NCBI RefSeq assembly: GCF_009914755.1 | Contig: NC_060927.1 | Length of the DNA: 64,000 nucleotides | Reading direction: 5' to 3' (one strand) | Source: the human T2T-CHM13v2.0 reference genome, Homo sapiens | In this document: positions 35,161 through 61,137 of the stretch, piece by piece | How positions within the stretch are numbered: position 1 is the first letter of the stretch | How the letters are laid out: each line of letters opens with the position of its first letter | Made by a program: the position numbers and the translations under genes | Notes under the pieces: generated by a model | Told to the model about the DNA's origin: nothing | The model's input: only the letters and a program-made list of their open reading frames with translations | The model's database searches: none

Positions 35161-35639
35161 CTAATTTGTATTAGCTATAGGCATGTCTACATCTCTAGAA
35201 ATATGGCAATAAATATTTTACTTGAGAAATAAAAGGGTACTATGAGATTGGTTTGCTAGAGAACTATGCTATTGTATTTATCTGTGGTTTTCAAACAAGG
35301 CTCCTAAATAGAAACAATCTAATAGAATTATCAACATTTTCTAATTCCATCTTCCTAGTTAGGGGAAAAAGAAGAGCTTGAGGAGGGATAAAAGGTAGGA
35401 AAAAGGTTTTTTAAGCCACCTCTTAGTAACCATGTTATGGAAACAGAGCCCAAACTAGTATAGTTCTATAATCTAGATTTCTTGGTCTGTAAATCCCAGG
35501 ATTTGTTCTATTAAAAAGAGCAAATTCTTAGCAATTGTCATTATCCATTGCATTGGTCACTAGCTGAGGACTACCACTCAAAGAAATTCACAAAATAATT
35601 TTCTAACAAATAGAAAAAAAAAATTTAGAACCCTAGTAA

Positions 35640-35942
<303 letters not shown>

Positions 35943-36216
35943 CCTAGTAAGGAGTTTTGAACAAATACAACATGTGTTATAGAAAAATACCCAGAAAGCT
36001 GACCATATATCCTGAATTTTTCAACAATATCATTCTTGTTTTTTATGCTTTTCACTTAAAGGGAAAAGAAAGGGAAATGATAATTAACTGTCTTTAAGAA
36101 TAATAAAATATGTTAGAGAATATCACAAAATGGGAAAATAGTATAAGTATCACAGAAGTTAAATATGAACAGAAGTGATATTTTATTAATAAATAGGATA
36201 AATCCTAACTACTTAC

Positions 36217-36343
36217 CTCCAGTAGTCTGTTGAAGGCTATTTCCAGTGTTAATATCCAAAAATGTCCCAGTTCCCATGGTTAATTTCACATCACCTGTCT
36301 GGAAGCAGCACTCTCCAAACATGGCTGATTGCTGGTCAGCAAC
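36217..36343 (-). CDS. GK5: GK5 exon (~10): [42 protein letters not shown]
   Basis: ggtag|GTT acceptor, GAG|gtaag donor, 127 nt; catalytic DQQ and GTG-x-F motifs. Confidence 0.97.
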
Positions 36344-36574
36344 CTACCAAAAATGTTCAAATGTAAACCCATTGCCCTTAACAGTGGCCAATTTTATTAT
36401 AGAGCATTGTCTCACTTATTGTACTCTCATGATTAAACATCTTCGTTTCTTTTTCCTTTTCCTTAAAATTAAAAAAAAAAATCCCAAAGAGAATAGGGAG
36501 CAACAACCATAGGATAGGAGTCTCCCTAGGACTAATACTCTGCAGATAACTGACATGCCTCAGGAATTGTTTTT

Positions 36575-38722
<2,148 letters not shown>

Positions 38723-39222
38723 ATCAAAAATGGCAAATATTTCATTATTCTACAAACTTATTTACTGGTAGATGATGGCTAAGGACTTTATTAAATGTAC
38801 ATACAACTTTCTCTGCTAGTTTAAGTTGCCCTAACACTGTTTGTGGTTACACATTATCAAACAGAACATAAATATTCGCCCCATCACTGTGTTTTGTCTC
38901 AGAGTACCAAATGTAAACTAAATACCACTCAGAATTAAAAAAAATTTTTTTTAATTTAAGTTTTCTGATAAACAATATACAAGCAAGTCAGAAAAGGTTA
39001 TAAAGTACTTCCATGATAGAATACTGGCTCAATGGTCCCCTTCCCAAAAATATAGCAGATATTCTGGTCATATCCAGGGACCTTTAACTTAAAAAGAAAA
39101 AAAAATACTTTAATCTTACTCTGCCAAAGACCTTCTGTTTCTCTTAAAGCTAGTCTCAATTATTAATACATATTACTTTAGTTTATACTATACAAAGGGA
39201 ATCCCTCAAGTTTCCTACTTAC

Positions 39223-39283
39223 CAAGGCAACTATTGGTATAGGCACACCAAATATCTCTTCATCCACTGATCCAAAATTGTGG
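39223..39283 (-). CDS. GK5: GK5 exon (~9): SHNFGSVDEEIFGVPIPIVAL
   Basis: tttgaag|C acceptor, TTG|gtaag donor, 61 nt. Confidence 0.95.
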
Positions 39284-39487
39284 CTTCAAATAAAATTCAT
39301 TAAAAAGTTAGTTACAGCTCTAGAAATATTAGTTTTAAAACTCAGCAAATTGTTTTTTTGCATAAGCCAAAAAGTTACATAATGAACATACAAGTCCTTC
39401 AAACATGTAATAAAATGCTTTTCCCCACGAAACAAAATGAATTCAAGAACCATTGTGCTGGTTACTATGTCTGATGTTTATTATTAC

Positions 39488-39561
39488 CTTGTGTCCCTCA
39501 CAGGAGGTAGGAGAGAAAGTGGTATCGAAATTAGAGAGGTAATCATCCCACTCCAACACAT
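39488..39561 (-). CDS. GK5: GK5 exon (~8): MCWSGMITSLISIPLSLLPPVRDT
   Basis: ctcag|ATG acceptor, AAG|gtaat donor, 74 nt, phase-compatible. Confidence 0.95.
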
Positions 39562-39745
39562 CTGAGCATAAAAACGTATCATCAGAATATACATATTTAC
39601 ATATATCAAACCTCTAAACATATATCAAAACATCATGTTGTACATGATATATTTGTCAATTAAAAATAAACTAATTTTAAAAATTTAAATCTATCTATAT
39701 TACACAAAAATGTGTGATTCAAAAAGAAGAAAAAAAAATTTTTAC

Positions 39746-39807
39746 CTTATATGGGTCAAAAAGTCCAGTTGTACTAGCATTTGAAAAATCTGTGGCATAT
39801 ACAGAAC
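39746..39807 (-). CDS. GK5: GK5 exon (~7): GSVYATDFSNASTTGLFDPYK
   Basis: tttag|GT acceptor, AAG|gtaaa donor, 62 nt; TD-x-SNAS-x-T motif of FGGY kinases. Confidence 0.96.
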
Positions 39808-39877
39808 CTAAATTTAAATAGGAAATAATACATTTATTATCAGATAGTATAAATCAACACCTATCGATAGTATATAA

Positions 39878-40224
<347 letters not shown>

Positions 40225-40615
40225 CAAAATGTGTATTTTCAATGTGAAGTCTCCAAAAGCAATTTCCCACTTAATATTTATGAACTTTTATAGTTGTGCA
40301 AAAGTACTTACATACATGTTGTCACTTTACGATCCCCCAGTTTAAAGATGACAAAGAGGCTCAAAGATGTTAATGTCACCCATAGTTATACCCACTAGCA
40401 AAATGGCAGATTTGTTACTGAACTTGTCTTATCATTCTTGAAATTAAGACTGTTCCCCAGTCTTATATTGAAGTTTCATCACAATTTATTTAAAAATTGT
40501 CCTCCTCTTATAATAAATCTAGAATAAGTCTAGCTTTACTAGAACATGTTGTTAATAGGGTACCAAAGAGCAGTATGTCTGGAGTACAGGAAGGGGGAAA
40601 AAAAAAAAAACTTCT

Positions 40616-41843
40616 GACCAGGTGCAGTGGCTTACGCCTGTAATCCCAGCACTTTGGGAGGCTGAGGCAGATGGATTGCTTGAGTCCAGGAGTTCAAGAC
40701 CAGCGTGGGCAACATGGCAAAACCCTGTCTCTACTAAAAATACAAAAAATTAGCCAGACATGGTGGCACATACCAATAGTCCCAGCCACTCAGGGGGCTG
40801 AAGCGGGAGGATCGCTTGAGCCCAGGAAGCTGAGGCTGCAGTGAGCCATGATTACACCATTGCACTCCCGCCTGGTTGACAGAGCGAGACCCTAGCTCAA
40901 AAAAAAAAAAAAAAAGTAACTTCTACTTTTTTTAGGCAAATCATTTCTCTTGATCAAATTTCGGTTATTTAAAATAGATCTTTCAGGTCATCTTTACCTT
41001 TTGTGAGCTTATATAACAACCAGGTATCAATAGTCCCAAAGCAGCAATTTTCTTCTTCAACTGCCTTTTGCACCTTGAAAACACAACAGCACAAAATCGA
41101 TTCAAAAAGGCTAAATTACTAAGTGCATGATTAAATGCAGATCAGTGATACAATATAAACCCATTTTTATAAAAATTAATATGTACACAAAAACATTTCT
41201 AGAATATATTCCAAATGGTTCTAAGTGATTATTATATAGGGCATGAGATCTAGCCAGGGGAGAGAGGGAAGATTTTCATTTTCTGTATAATATTTCTGAA
41301 AGGTTTTAGTTGTATACCAAGCATGCGTTAGTTACTTTTGTGTTTTTTGTTGTTTTTTTTTTAAAAAAAACAAAGTATATACATTTTTAGTTTAAACATA
41401 CACTAGTCGGCTGGGTGCGTTGGCTCACGCCTGTAATCCCAGTACTTTGGGAGGCCGAAGCAGGTGGATCACCTAAGGTCAGGAGTTCAAGACCAGCCTA
41501 GCCAACATGGTGAAACCCCATCTCTACTAAAAATGCAAAAAATGGCCAGGCACGGTGGCTCACACCTGTAATCCCAGCACTTTGGGAGGCCGAGGCGGGC
41601 GGATCATGAGGTCAGGAGATTGAGACCATTCTGGCTAACATGGTGAAACCCTGTCTCTACTAAAATATACAAAAAAAAATTAGCTGGGCATGGTGGCGGG
41701 CACCTGTAGTCCCGCTACTTGGGAGGCTGAGGCAGGAGAATGGCGTGAAGCTGGGAGGTGGAGCTTGCAGTGAGCCGAGACTGCACTCCAGCCTGGGTGG
41801 CAGAGCGAGACTCCGTCTCAAAAACAAAACAAAACAAAAAAAA
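40616..41843 (+). mobile_element. Alus on both sides of GK5 exon 6: ~40616-40915 and ~41409-41843 (left monomer plus full AluY-like)
   Basis: Alu motifs with A tails; the span also contains unique sequence and the exon. Confidence 0.85.
40998..41073 (-). CDS. GK5: GK5 exon (~6): VQKAVEEENCCFGTIDTWLLYKLTK
   Basis: ttcaag|GTG acceptor, AAAG|gtaaag donor, 76 nt; FGTIDTWL motif typical of glycerol kinases. Confidence 0.96.
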
Positions 41844-41849
41844 GCCCAA

Positions 41850-42130
41850 AGCTGGGATGGCATACTATGGCCCACAGGCCAAATCCAGCCTACTCTCTGT
41901 TTTTGTACAGCAAATTAAAAATGGTTTTCATAATTTTTAATGGTTAAAAAGACAAAAGGAGAATATTTTGTGACACATGAAAATTATATGAAACTCAAAT
42001 TTCAGTGTCCATAAGTAAAGTCTTATTGGAACACAGCTATGCTCATTTGTTGCCTACGGCTGCTTTCATGGCAGAGTGGTTGTGACAAAAAGCTTATACC
42101 CCCAAAGCCTAAAATATTATTAACAGGCCG
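41850..42130. mobile_element. MER58B-like hAT-Charlie
   Basis: CTATGGCCCACAGGCCAAATCCAGCC...AAATTATATGAAACTCAAATTTCAGTGTCCATAA. Confidence 0.7.
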
Positions 42131-42999
42131 ATTCTTGGCATAAAGCATGCCAAGAGAAACAGAAGTTGTCAACACCTCTGTAAACTATAATAGCTAGCAG
42201 AGAAACTGAAATGCCTGTTAGGGTGTTATTAACATACTGAAAAACAATTTCTTGAAACAAAGTTTATCACCTCTATAACTCTTATTTGTCCTTCAAGACC
42301 AGCATTTCCTGGCTTTGTCCAAGCCTGCCCCACTCCCACACTCCTTCTAACTCAGTCTGTAGCATTCTATAGATAGCTTCCATTTAGCCATTATCTCACA
42401 CCATTACTGCCTCTCTACTAGACCCTTAGCTCTTTAAGGGCAGGGACAAGATTGCATTTATATTCATATCCCCAACACCTAGGGAGGTTCCCAGCAAATA
42501 GCAGATGTTCCAAAAAATACTTAAGTAAGTAAATAACTGAAATAAAAAGAAAAGCAAATGGAAACATTTAAAGATAAATTATACTTTAATAGTAGAAAGG
42601 ATCAGTAAAATGAAAACAAATGACATGAGTTCCAAAAACGAGGTCATTTGTAGGTTATTTATAATACAAGTACTTTAAGATTCCATTCAAGAGTTATGCC
42701 ACTTAAATATGGAGCGCCTTCAAGTATTCTTATATTTCAAACTCTTGTTAAATTTAGAAATTTTTATTCTAAAATTTGTTCCAGATACAACTTTTTTTAA
42801 TAGCCAAAAGTTAACCTGTATTTCAGTGAGTAGCACAATGCCTGACAGGTGGTAAATTCATCCATCTATTAAAAAAATATTTATGAGTCAGGGCCTCTGA
42901 TAGGTGCTAGGCCCTTAGGAGGCTAGGGTGACACAGAGTAGACATCAGGGCTTCCTAAGGTAGGAGGACCTAGGTCAACCCCCCTCACGTTGGCTAAGG

Positions 43000-46560
<3,561 letters not shown>

Positions 46561-46679
46561 TTAGAAAACAAAGGACTGAGGTACTTCACAAAAGGATATA
46601 CAAATGGTAAGTATGTGAAAAGATATCAATTTTGTTAGGAAATAGAGTAATGCAAATTAAAGCCACAATGAAATTGAGA

Positions 46680-50860
<4,181 letters not shown>

Positions 50861-51036
50861 TAAAATCACACTCAGATATTACTTACCAACTAGGATGGCT
50901 AAAATATAGACTAATAATGTCAATTATGACAGTAAATGAAATAAAAAGTCCTCTGATCACATACTGATACTGTGTAAATTGTTATTATCACTTTGCAAAA
51001 GTGTTTTGACATTATCCTTTAAAGGTAAAGATACAT

Positions 51037-51930
<894 letters not shown>

Positions 51931-52095
51931 AAATAAGATGCCACTTTGTCTTCCATTCCAATATGTGGTAGACACTTAATTTTCCCTCAAATAATCAAAT
52001 TACTATCTTTATTCCTTTAATTTTTTCTTCCCCATAGTCTTTATATGGTTTCCACATACACACATATTTTCCACATACACACAGTATTTTCTTAC

Positions 52096-52227
52096 CTCAG
52101 TCAAGTTCTGTAAAATCCAGACCAATCTCAAAGAAGTCTGCTGGGTTGTGAAAGTGAACAAACTGGCTGTAAAAAGTCGTTTACTTCTAGTGAAAAAGTG
52201 AAGCACTCGGCAAGAACTGTGAAATAT
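52096..52227 (-). CDS. GK5: GK5 exon (~5): IFHSSCRVLHFFTRSKRLFTASLFTFTTQQTSLRLVWILQNLTE
   Basis: tag|ATA acceptor, GAG|gtaag donor, 132 nt, phase 0-0; overlaps ORF 52009..52206. Confidence 0.96.
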
Positions 52228-53381
52228 CTATATTTTAAAAAACATATTTTAGGAAAATGCATTTAGTAGTGTTTAAAATTTCCACATCAATTCTATATAC
52301 ATGCAAACAAACCCAATAACAAGTCATTTAACTACTTATAATAGTGTTTTCTGCAATTAAGAAAATAAAAAACAGCAATATTATCCTAAATGGGCAGTTT
52401 GTATTCTAACATATGAAATGCAACATATCTACTTTGAATTATTTTAGCAAATACCAGATGCTCAGGTACTTATTATAAACTTTTTTAAAAAAAAACAACT
52501 ATATTTTTACCTCTCTACCTATTTTTAACTATGATAGTTAAAGGAGAGAATCTAGGAAGGAGGCTATATTTGTAGTATTCTTATTTCAGTGGGATATGTA
52601 CACTTTAAGTTTATTGCAGGCCTCCCAGATAAATCTATACTATTTAGTAGAATAGCATTAATTCACTACTATTCCAATAGTAATAACATCTATATAAAGT
52701 TATCAGCTAATCTTTGATTTTGAAGGCTCATAGTCCAAATATTTTCACATTAATCATAATCTTATATCTTAGCTTCAATCTGCCTCTATGAATCAAAGAC
52801 CTGAGAACTCTTAATACTAGACAACGAAGGATGAGCTCTTATTAGCTTTTTTCTTTCCTATTAGAAATTAAGTTTGCACTAACACAGACAGAAATTTCCC
52901 TATACATTAAGTACTTAAAATCTGGTTGTATGATTTTATTTAATACTACCTATACTTATCTAATGATCAAAGATAAGACATAAGCAAAATCTTTAATTTA
53001 CAAAAAGCCTTAGGTATACAGAAAACAAGCTTTGAGTTTTAAGGTCTTTAAGACATACTAGGAAAAAAAAAAAAACCCTATCCTGCCACACACTACAGGG
53101 ATGTAGATGGACACTTCAACTTGTAAAACTGATGTTTTACAAAACACTTAAGAAGTATTGCCCACTTCTTGTTGAACTTACCCACTTTTGTTAATCCTAC
53201 CTCACTCCCTAAAATAAATTTAAAGATGTTGGTTTATTTGTGAAAAATAGTAATATAAATTTTTTTCTTTCATTTTTAATTGATAACACATCAATTAATA
53301 AAATTTGTAGACTCAGTTCTTTCAGTCTAGTCCTTTTAACTTCCTTCTCATCTTATTCAGTGCTCACACCTTCTTTATTTC

Positions 53382-53382
<1 letters not shown>

Positions 53383-53415
<33 letters not shown>

Positions 53416-53440
53416 AACACATACACACACACATACATAT
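53383..53440. repeat. Compound (TA)n(CA)n microsatellite
   Basis: TATATATATATACACACACA... directly adjoining an Alu tail. Confidence 0.9.
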
Positions 53441-53786
<346 letters not shown>

Positions 53787-54319
53787 TAGATTTTTCACAT
53801 TATTTATTAAAACATAAGACTTTTTAAAAGTATTTAAAGTGACCACCCATAAGCCTTCTTCTGATTTGTTATAAGAAATAATTTAAACTAAAATGGGCAA
53901 TTCCTCTTTATACACCCTACACTATTCTCATAAAAAATTAGATTTAGGACACTTCTGAGATCTTCTGTTAAAATGTAGATAACTCAGGATGGGTGGTGAG
54001 GTCATACAAAAATATTACAAGCTCTAATAACTGCACTTTTAGACAACATATAAACAATTAGCATCTTCATTCATATATCTAATGAGTATTTACTGAGTAA
54101 CTTATAGCATACCAAGGACTGTTGCTAGGCCTTGTAAAAACAAATTGAACAATATGGGCAGAATCCTTGTCTTTTTAACATTTACATTTTAGTGAGAAGA
54201 CAAATAAGCAATCAAGTCAATAAATAAGATGATTTAAGAAGACAGACTGTAAAATGAATCATTATTTAACATGCTACTAAGAAATGCATCCTGATTTCAG
54301 AGATGTTAAAATATAACTT

Positions 54320-55155
54320 ATACATTGCTGATGGGAAAGTAAATGGTATAGTCACTCTTGAAAACAGTTTGGCAGATCCTTACAAAAGAAAACATGCAAT
54401 TACCATATGACCTTGAGGTTTTTATCCCAGAGAAATGAAAAATTACATTCACAGAAAATTCTATACAAAGAACGTTCATAAAAGCTTTATTTGTAATAGC
54501 CAAAAACTGGAATCAGCACAGATGTCCTTCAACAAGTGAATGGTTAAATAAACTGTGATACAGCTGTACTATTGAATACAACTCAGCAACAGAAAGGAAT
54601 AAACTACTGATACAGGCAACAACTTGAATGAATCTCCAGGGAATTATACTAAGTGAAAAAAGCAAATCCCAAAAGGTTATATATTTAAAAGTATAATCCT
54701 ATGTATATAACATTTTTCAAATTAGAACATTTTTTAAATGGAGGACAGATTAGTGGTTGCCAGGAGCTAGGAATGAGAGAGGGTAGGGAGGTGTATAGGA
54801 GAGTGGTAGATATAGTTACAGAAGAACAACACAAGAGATCTTTGTAGTGACGGAACTGTTCAGTATCTTGCATATGCTCCTGGATGCATGAACCTACAGA
54901 TAGGAAAAAATTGTATAGAACTTATATACATACACATACACACACACAAACACAGACAAATATAAAGTAAAACTGGGGAAATCCTAATAAAATTTATGGA
55001 TTGTATTAATGTCAATGTCCTGGTTGTGATGTTATACTATAGTTTTTCAAAATTTTACCATGGGGAGAAAGTGCAAAGAGTCTAAGGGATCTCTGTACTG
55101 TTTCTTACAACTGCATGTGAATCTATAATTATTTCCATTTAATTTTCAGTTTAAA
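54320..55155 (+). mobile_element. L1MC-like 3' end
   Basis: TTTATTTGTAATAGCCAAAAACTGG...TTCTTACAACTGCATGTGAATCTATAATT. Confidence 0.75.
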
Positions 55156-55967
55156 AAATGTGTATCTAAGAATCTTTGAAATTTAGTAAGTACAATGAAG
55201 GAAACAAAGGGCAACATAAGAGATTGAGGGCAAGGGGGTTCCTTTAAGTAGGGTGGCAGGGAAGGGTTCCCAGATGTGCTACATGAGCTCAACCCTAAAA
55301 AGATGAGAAGGATCCAGCCACGATGGCAGAGAGACCCCGTGCATGTACAATGGCCTTAAGGTAAGAAAGGGCTTGAGTGCTACAAGAACAAAAACAGGCT
55401 GAAAAAGATGCAGTTGCTAATCTTTAGCAACCTCAGGGAGAAAGAGGTCTAGGAGGTGGTCAGAAGTGTAGAAAGAGCCAAACCTTGGTAAGGAGTTGGG
55501 ATTTTATGCTAAAAGCAAAGAGAAGAAAGCCTTAGCCATCATCAGGCAAGAATAAGAACAAAAAAGTAAGCGGAAGACCGGGCATCTGGGGAGACTGGAG
55601 GAAAGCAACAGTGGCAAGAGATTGCAAACACACCTCAATTACTTCACCATTTTGCTTCAGACTAGCCTTGGCCAAACTAATGACATTGGTGCCAGTTCTG
55701 GCAAAAACACTCTAAACATTTCCAAAGGCCACAATCAAACCATTAGCAACTGGAAAGGGATGATTGCAAAGTGGGGCTCCTTCACTGCCAGGACAGGCCC
55801 TAGAATTATGTGTGCTAAACTGTGAAAGCCTGTGTTTGTATAAATTTTTTTGCTAAGAGAACCAAAACTTTGATCATGTGCATGTTCAATATCAAGTAGA
55901 CAAAAGTGCTTTAAATGCTCAATTTTGTGCTTGAGGTCACAGTTCTGCATTATGATTGGAAATTTGA

Positions 55968-57608
<1,641 letters not shown>

Positions 57609-57988
57609 TAATGATAAGAGCTTCTAACAGTCTGCTAGTTATCTATAATATCTCAATATCCATCCTGAGCTTTTATAAAAGATGAAATTTGGGCATTTCA
57701 TTCATCTAGTCTGTATCTTTTCCATTTCTCAAGGACAGAAACACAAATTCTCACTAACATGTGAAACTCTGGTCCACCACAAACCTCCTTAGAACTTCCT
57801 GAGGTACAAGTACTGAAGTCTACCACATACGCCTTTGATTGGCTATTATTAAACTTCACTGGAATGGGGAGTGTGTGCGTATGTCTTCTTAATGTCCTAA
57901 AACAAAATAGGTAGGAAATAATACAATTAAGGGACATTTACAGAAAAAAAAAACCAACAATATCCAAATCACACAAGAAAAAGATTAC

Positions 57989-58082
57989 CTTCATAAGAAG
58001 AGAATTATTCCAAGATTTTACAAGTTCAACAGCTCTTAAGTCTTGCCAACTTATAAAGTTGTGAAAATGATTTCCTGTTTTC
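57989..58082 (-). CDS. GK5: Glycerol kinase 5, internal exon (~exon 4): KTGNHFHNFISWQDLRAVELVKSWNNSLLMK
   Basis: ctag|G acceptor, AAG|gtaatc donor, 94 nt; FGGY W-x-D-x-R motif (WQDLR). Confidence 0.96.
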
Positions 58083-60020
58083 CTAGAAAGAATAAAACAG
58101 TATTTTGAGACCCAGCATAAATCAGAGACTATGTTAAAGATGTGCCATAAGAGAAAACAAAATTAGAGGCCATACTGTAATTGCAAAGTATAATTTAGTT
58201 ACATGTGCCTTTCTGAATGATTTCTTCTTGATTTTATAAGTTGAACACACTGCACAACAATTATGTGACATATAGTATGAAATGTATATACTTCCAAAAC
58301 CAAAACTAACTAAGGAAAAGGCCTTTGAAGACCTGCTCTACACACTTTAAAAGCAGATTTTTTAAAAGCCAATGCTTTTCCCCTTTACTGCACTTGTCCT
58401 GATACACGTAATCCAACAAAAACCTCCTGACCTACAGAAGAGCTGAAATATTGCCTGAGCCTAGTTCTACATCTGTTAACTTTAGGATTGGCTTAGCCAT
58501 TGGCAACCTAACATGCTTACCAAAATCTCTCCAATAAATAGAAATTCAACAACTCTTGGGTCAATACTACAATAAAAGTACAGAGCTAAGAAATATAGAA
58601 GTAAAAAAAAAAATCCTTTTTCCTTTGCGGCTCCCGCAAATCAACCTCTGGCATCTACTAATCAACATCCAAGTCAAGTTTGCTTTCTACCCCAACTCCA
58701 GGCCTCCTCCTGTGAGACCTGAACCATGTTCAATTGCTAAGATTCATTCTCTACTTAAGCATTCCACACCCATGGTCATATCCTCACCTTTACATGGTCT
58801 ACCACTCAAAGTCTAATGCTCCAATATTAGTCAGCACATAGGAAGAAAAGTTTTCAGTTTTCTCAATCTTACTCCTTAAATACCTGGCCTTCCAACTCAC
58901 TGCAACCTTTAATCCCTCAAACATTCCCTTTTCTTCCGACCAACCACTCCTAACTTTGGCTACTTTCCCATATCTCATGGTCTATTACTTTAATAGCTTG
59001 CCATTGCACTCTCTAATACTTAACTGTAAAAAAAAATTGTGGCAAAATATACATAATATGAGGTTTACCATTTTACCTATTTTACGTGTACAATTCAGTG
59101 GCAGTAAGTACATTCACAACGTTGTGCAACCATCACCACTGTTTTTAAAACTCTCATCACCCCAAACAGAAGCTCTATAACAATTAGGAAATCATTCCCC
59201 ATTCCTTCCTCACCCCATCCCTTATAGCCCCTATTCTGTTTTCAGTGTCTATACATTTGCCTATTCCAGGTATATCATATATAAGTAGAATTATACAATA
59301 TTTGTTCTTTTATATTTGGCTTACTTCACGTAGTATAATATAACTTAGCTTTCTAGATTGATCCATGTTGTAGCATGTATCAGAAATGTATTCCGTTTTA
59401 TGGCTGAACAATATTTCAACGTATTTATATACTACATACCATTTATCAATTCATCTGTTGGTACACACTTGGGTTGTTTGTACTCTTTGGTTATCGTGAT
59501 TACTGCTGCTTTAATATTGTTGTGAAGTATCTGTTTGAGTCTTTGTTTTCAATTTTTTTAGGTATATACCTAGAAGTGGAACTGCTGGGTCATATAGTAA
59601 TTCTATGTTTAACTTTTTGAGGAACTGGCAAACTGTTTTCCGCAGTCGTTGCACCATTTTACATTTCTACCAGTAATGTATGAGGGTTCCAATTTTTCCA
59701 AATCCTCACCAACACTTGTTATCTTCCTTTTTTTAAAATTCTCACCATTCTAGTGGGTGTGAAGTGGTATCTCATTATGGTTTTAATTTGCAATTCCCTG
59801 ATTACTAATGACATTGAGCATCTTTGTGTGTGCTTATTGACCATCTGTGTATTACTCAAGTCCTTTGTCCATTTATGAACTGCATTGTTGCTTTCTTGTT
59901 GTTGAATTGTAGGAATTCTTTACATGTTCTAGATATTAACCCCTTACTAGGGATTAGGGATTAATATGTTACATGCTTCGAGGTTACAATTTGCAAATAT
60001 TTTCTCCCATTCCATGACTT

Positions 60021-60275
60021 GTTTTAGACAGTATCTCTGAGGGATTATCTAATCTCAACCCTATTCAATGGGTAAAATCTTTGGGAGGATCCACTATCGT
60101 TAATTTTGTTCTGTGTATAATTTGTGCTATTGGTTTATTGTTCACGTGTAAAATTGGAAAAATTATTCTTCAATCCAATCGTGATCAGCACCAACCTATG
60201 ATTGCTACGGTTCATTTAAATCAGAGAAAAGGGGGAGATGTAGGGAGACCCCCTGAAACTATGGCTACAGAATAA
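60021..60275 (+). pseudogene. HERV-K-class env C-terminal (TM) fragment
   Basis: Translates VLDSISEGLSNLNPIQWVKSLGGSTIVNFVLCIICAIGLLFTCK...QRKGGDVG, resembling the HML-2 Env tail (GLANLNPVTWVKTIG...KRKGGNVG); includes polypurine tract AGAGAAAAGGGGGAGA. Confidence 0.85.
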
Positions 60276-61137
60276 AAGATGAAATGCTCCTGATTATTGT
60301 AAATACAAAATTGCATGTAGGACTGTGTAAAGACAATGCCAGGTTGGACTGCCAGAATGAGCCAACAGCGGGTGATGTGCTTCCCCCTGCAGAAAGCCTA
60401 TGAATGGACATGCAGTCAGGGAGGTTTCACATCACCAAGATTCCTATCCCAGAAAAGCAGATGTTCATAGCTCTGGGAATGGAATGTGACCCTTGTGGAG
60501 AGCCTATAAACGGACGCATGAGGGGGGTGCCTATCCATATGGATAAGATAGGGCTATAAACGCCCTCATCTTGCCACGGCTCTTCTAGGCCTCTTTAGGG
60601 TTAAGACATACTCCCTTCTGAGAATTTCTGGTCTAACTGGTTGTCTAGCTTCACGTCCTGTTTCCATGGATTGTTTCTAACCAGCTTTTGTTGCAACTGT
60701 TACTGCTGATCAATATCTTGCTAATCATAGGTTATGGAAAGATTGTGTTTCTGTTTTAAGGCTCTGTTAGAAATTACTGATGCACACATTATATTGTAAA
60801 TTCTTATCTCTGTATACTGTACTTCTACATACAAATGTACTGTACTTCTACATACAAATGTTATGTTAAAGAATTACTTCATCCCCATGTGACCATCTCA
60901 CCTCATAATCAAATGACCCTAAATCTCTCACTAACCTACCCCCGCCCTCACTAAACTTAATAATAAATGCTGGTATATCCAGTGCATTGTTGGCACCGCA
61001 GGACCAGAAGGCGGTGACCCCCCTGGACCCAGCTTTCACTATCTTGTTTGTGTCTATTATTTCTCAACCTGCTGATCCACCTAGGAACAAAGAGAGAGCC
61101 CCGTTGTATTGCGGGCTGCTGGCCAGATCACGCAATA
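60239..61137 (+). mobile_element. Complete ERVK 3' LTR, MER11D (HML-7)-like
   Basis: Begins TGTAGGGAGACCCCCTGAAAC right after the PPT, ~899 bp; TATAAA ~60505 and ~60555, AATAAA 60962-60967; ends CGCAATA. Confidence 0.8.

Noticed and set aside
60810-60860. Tandem TACTGTACTTCTACATACAAATG repeat
   Set aside because: Internal to the LTR and probably part of the family structure or simple slippage.
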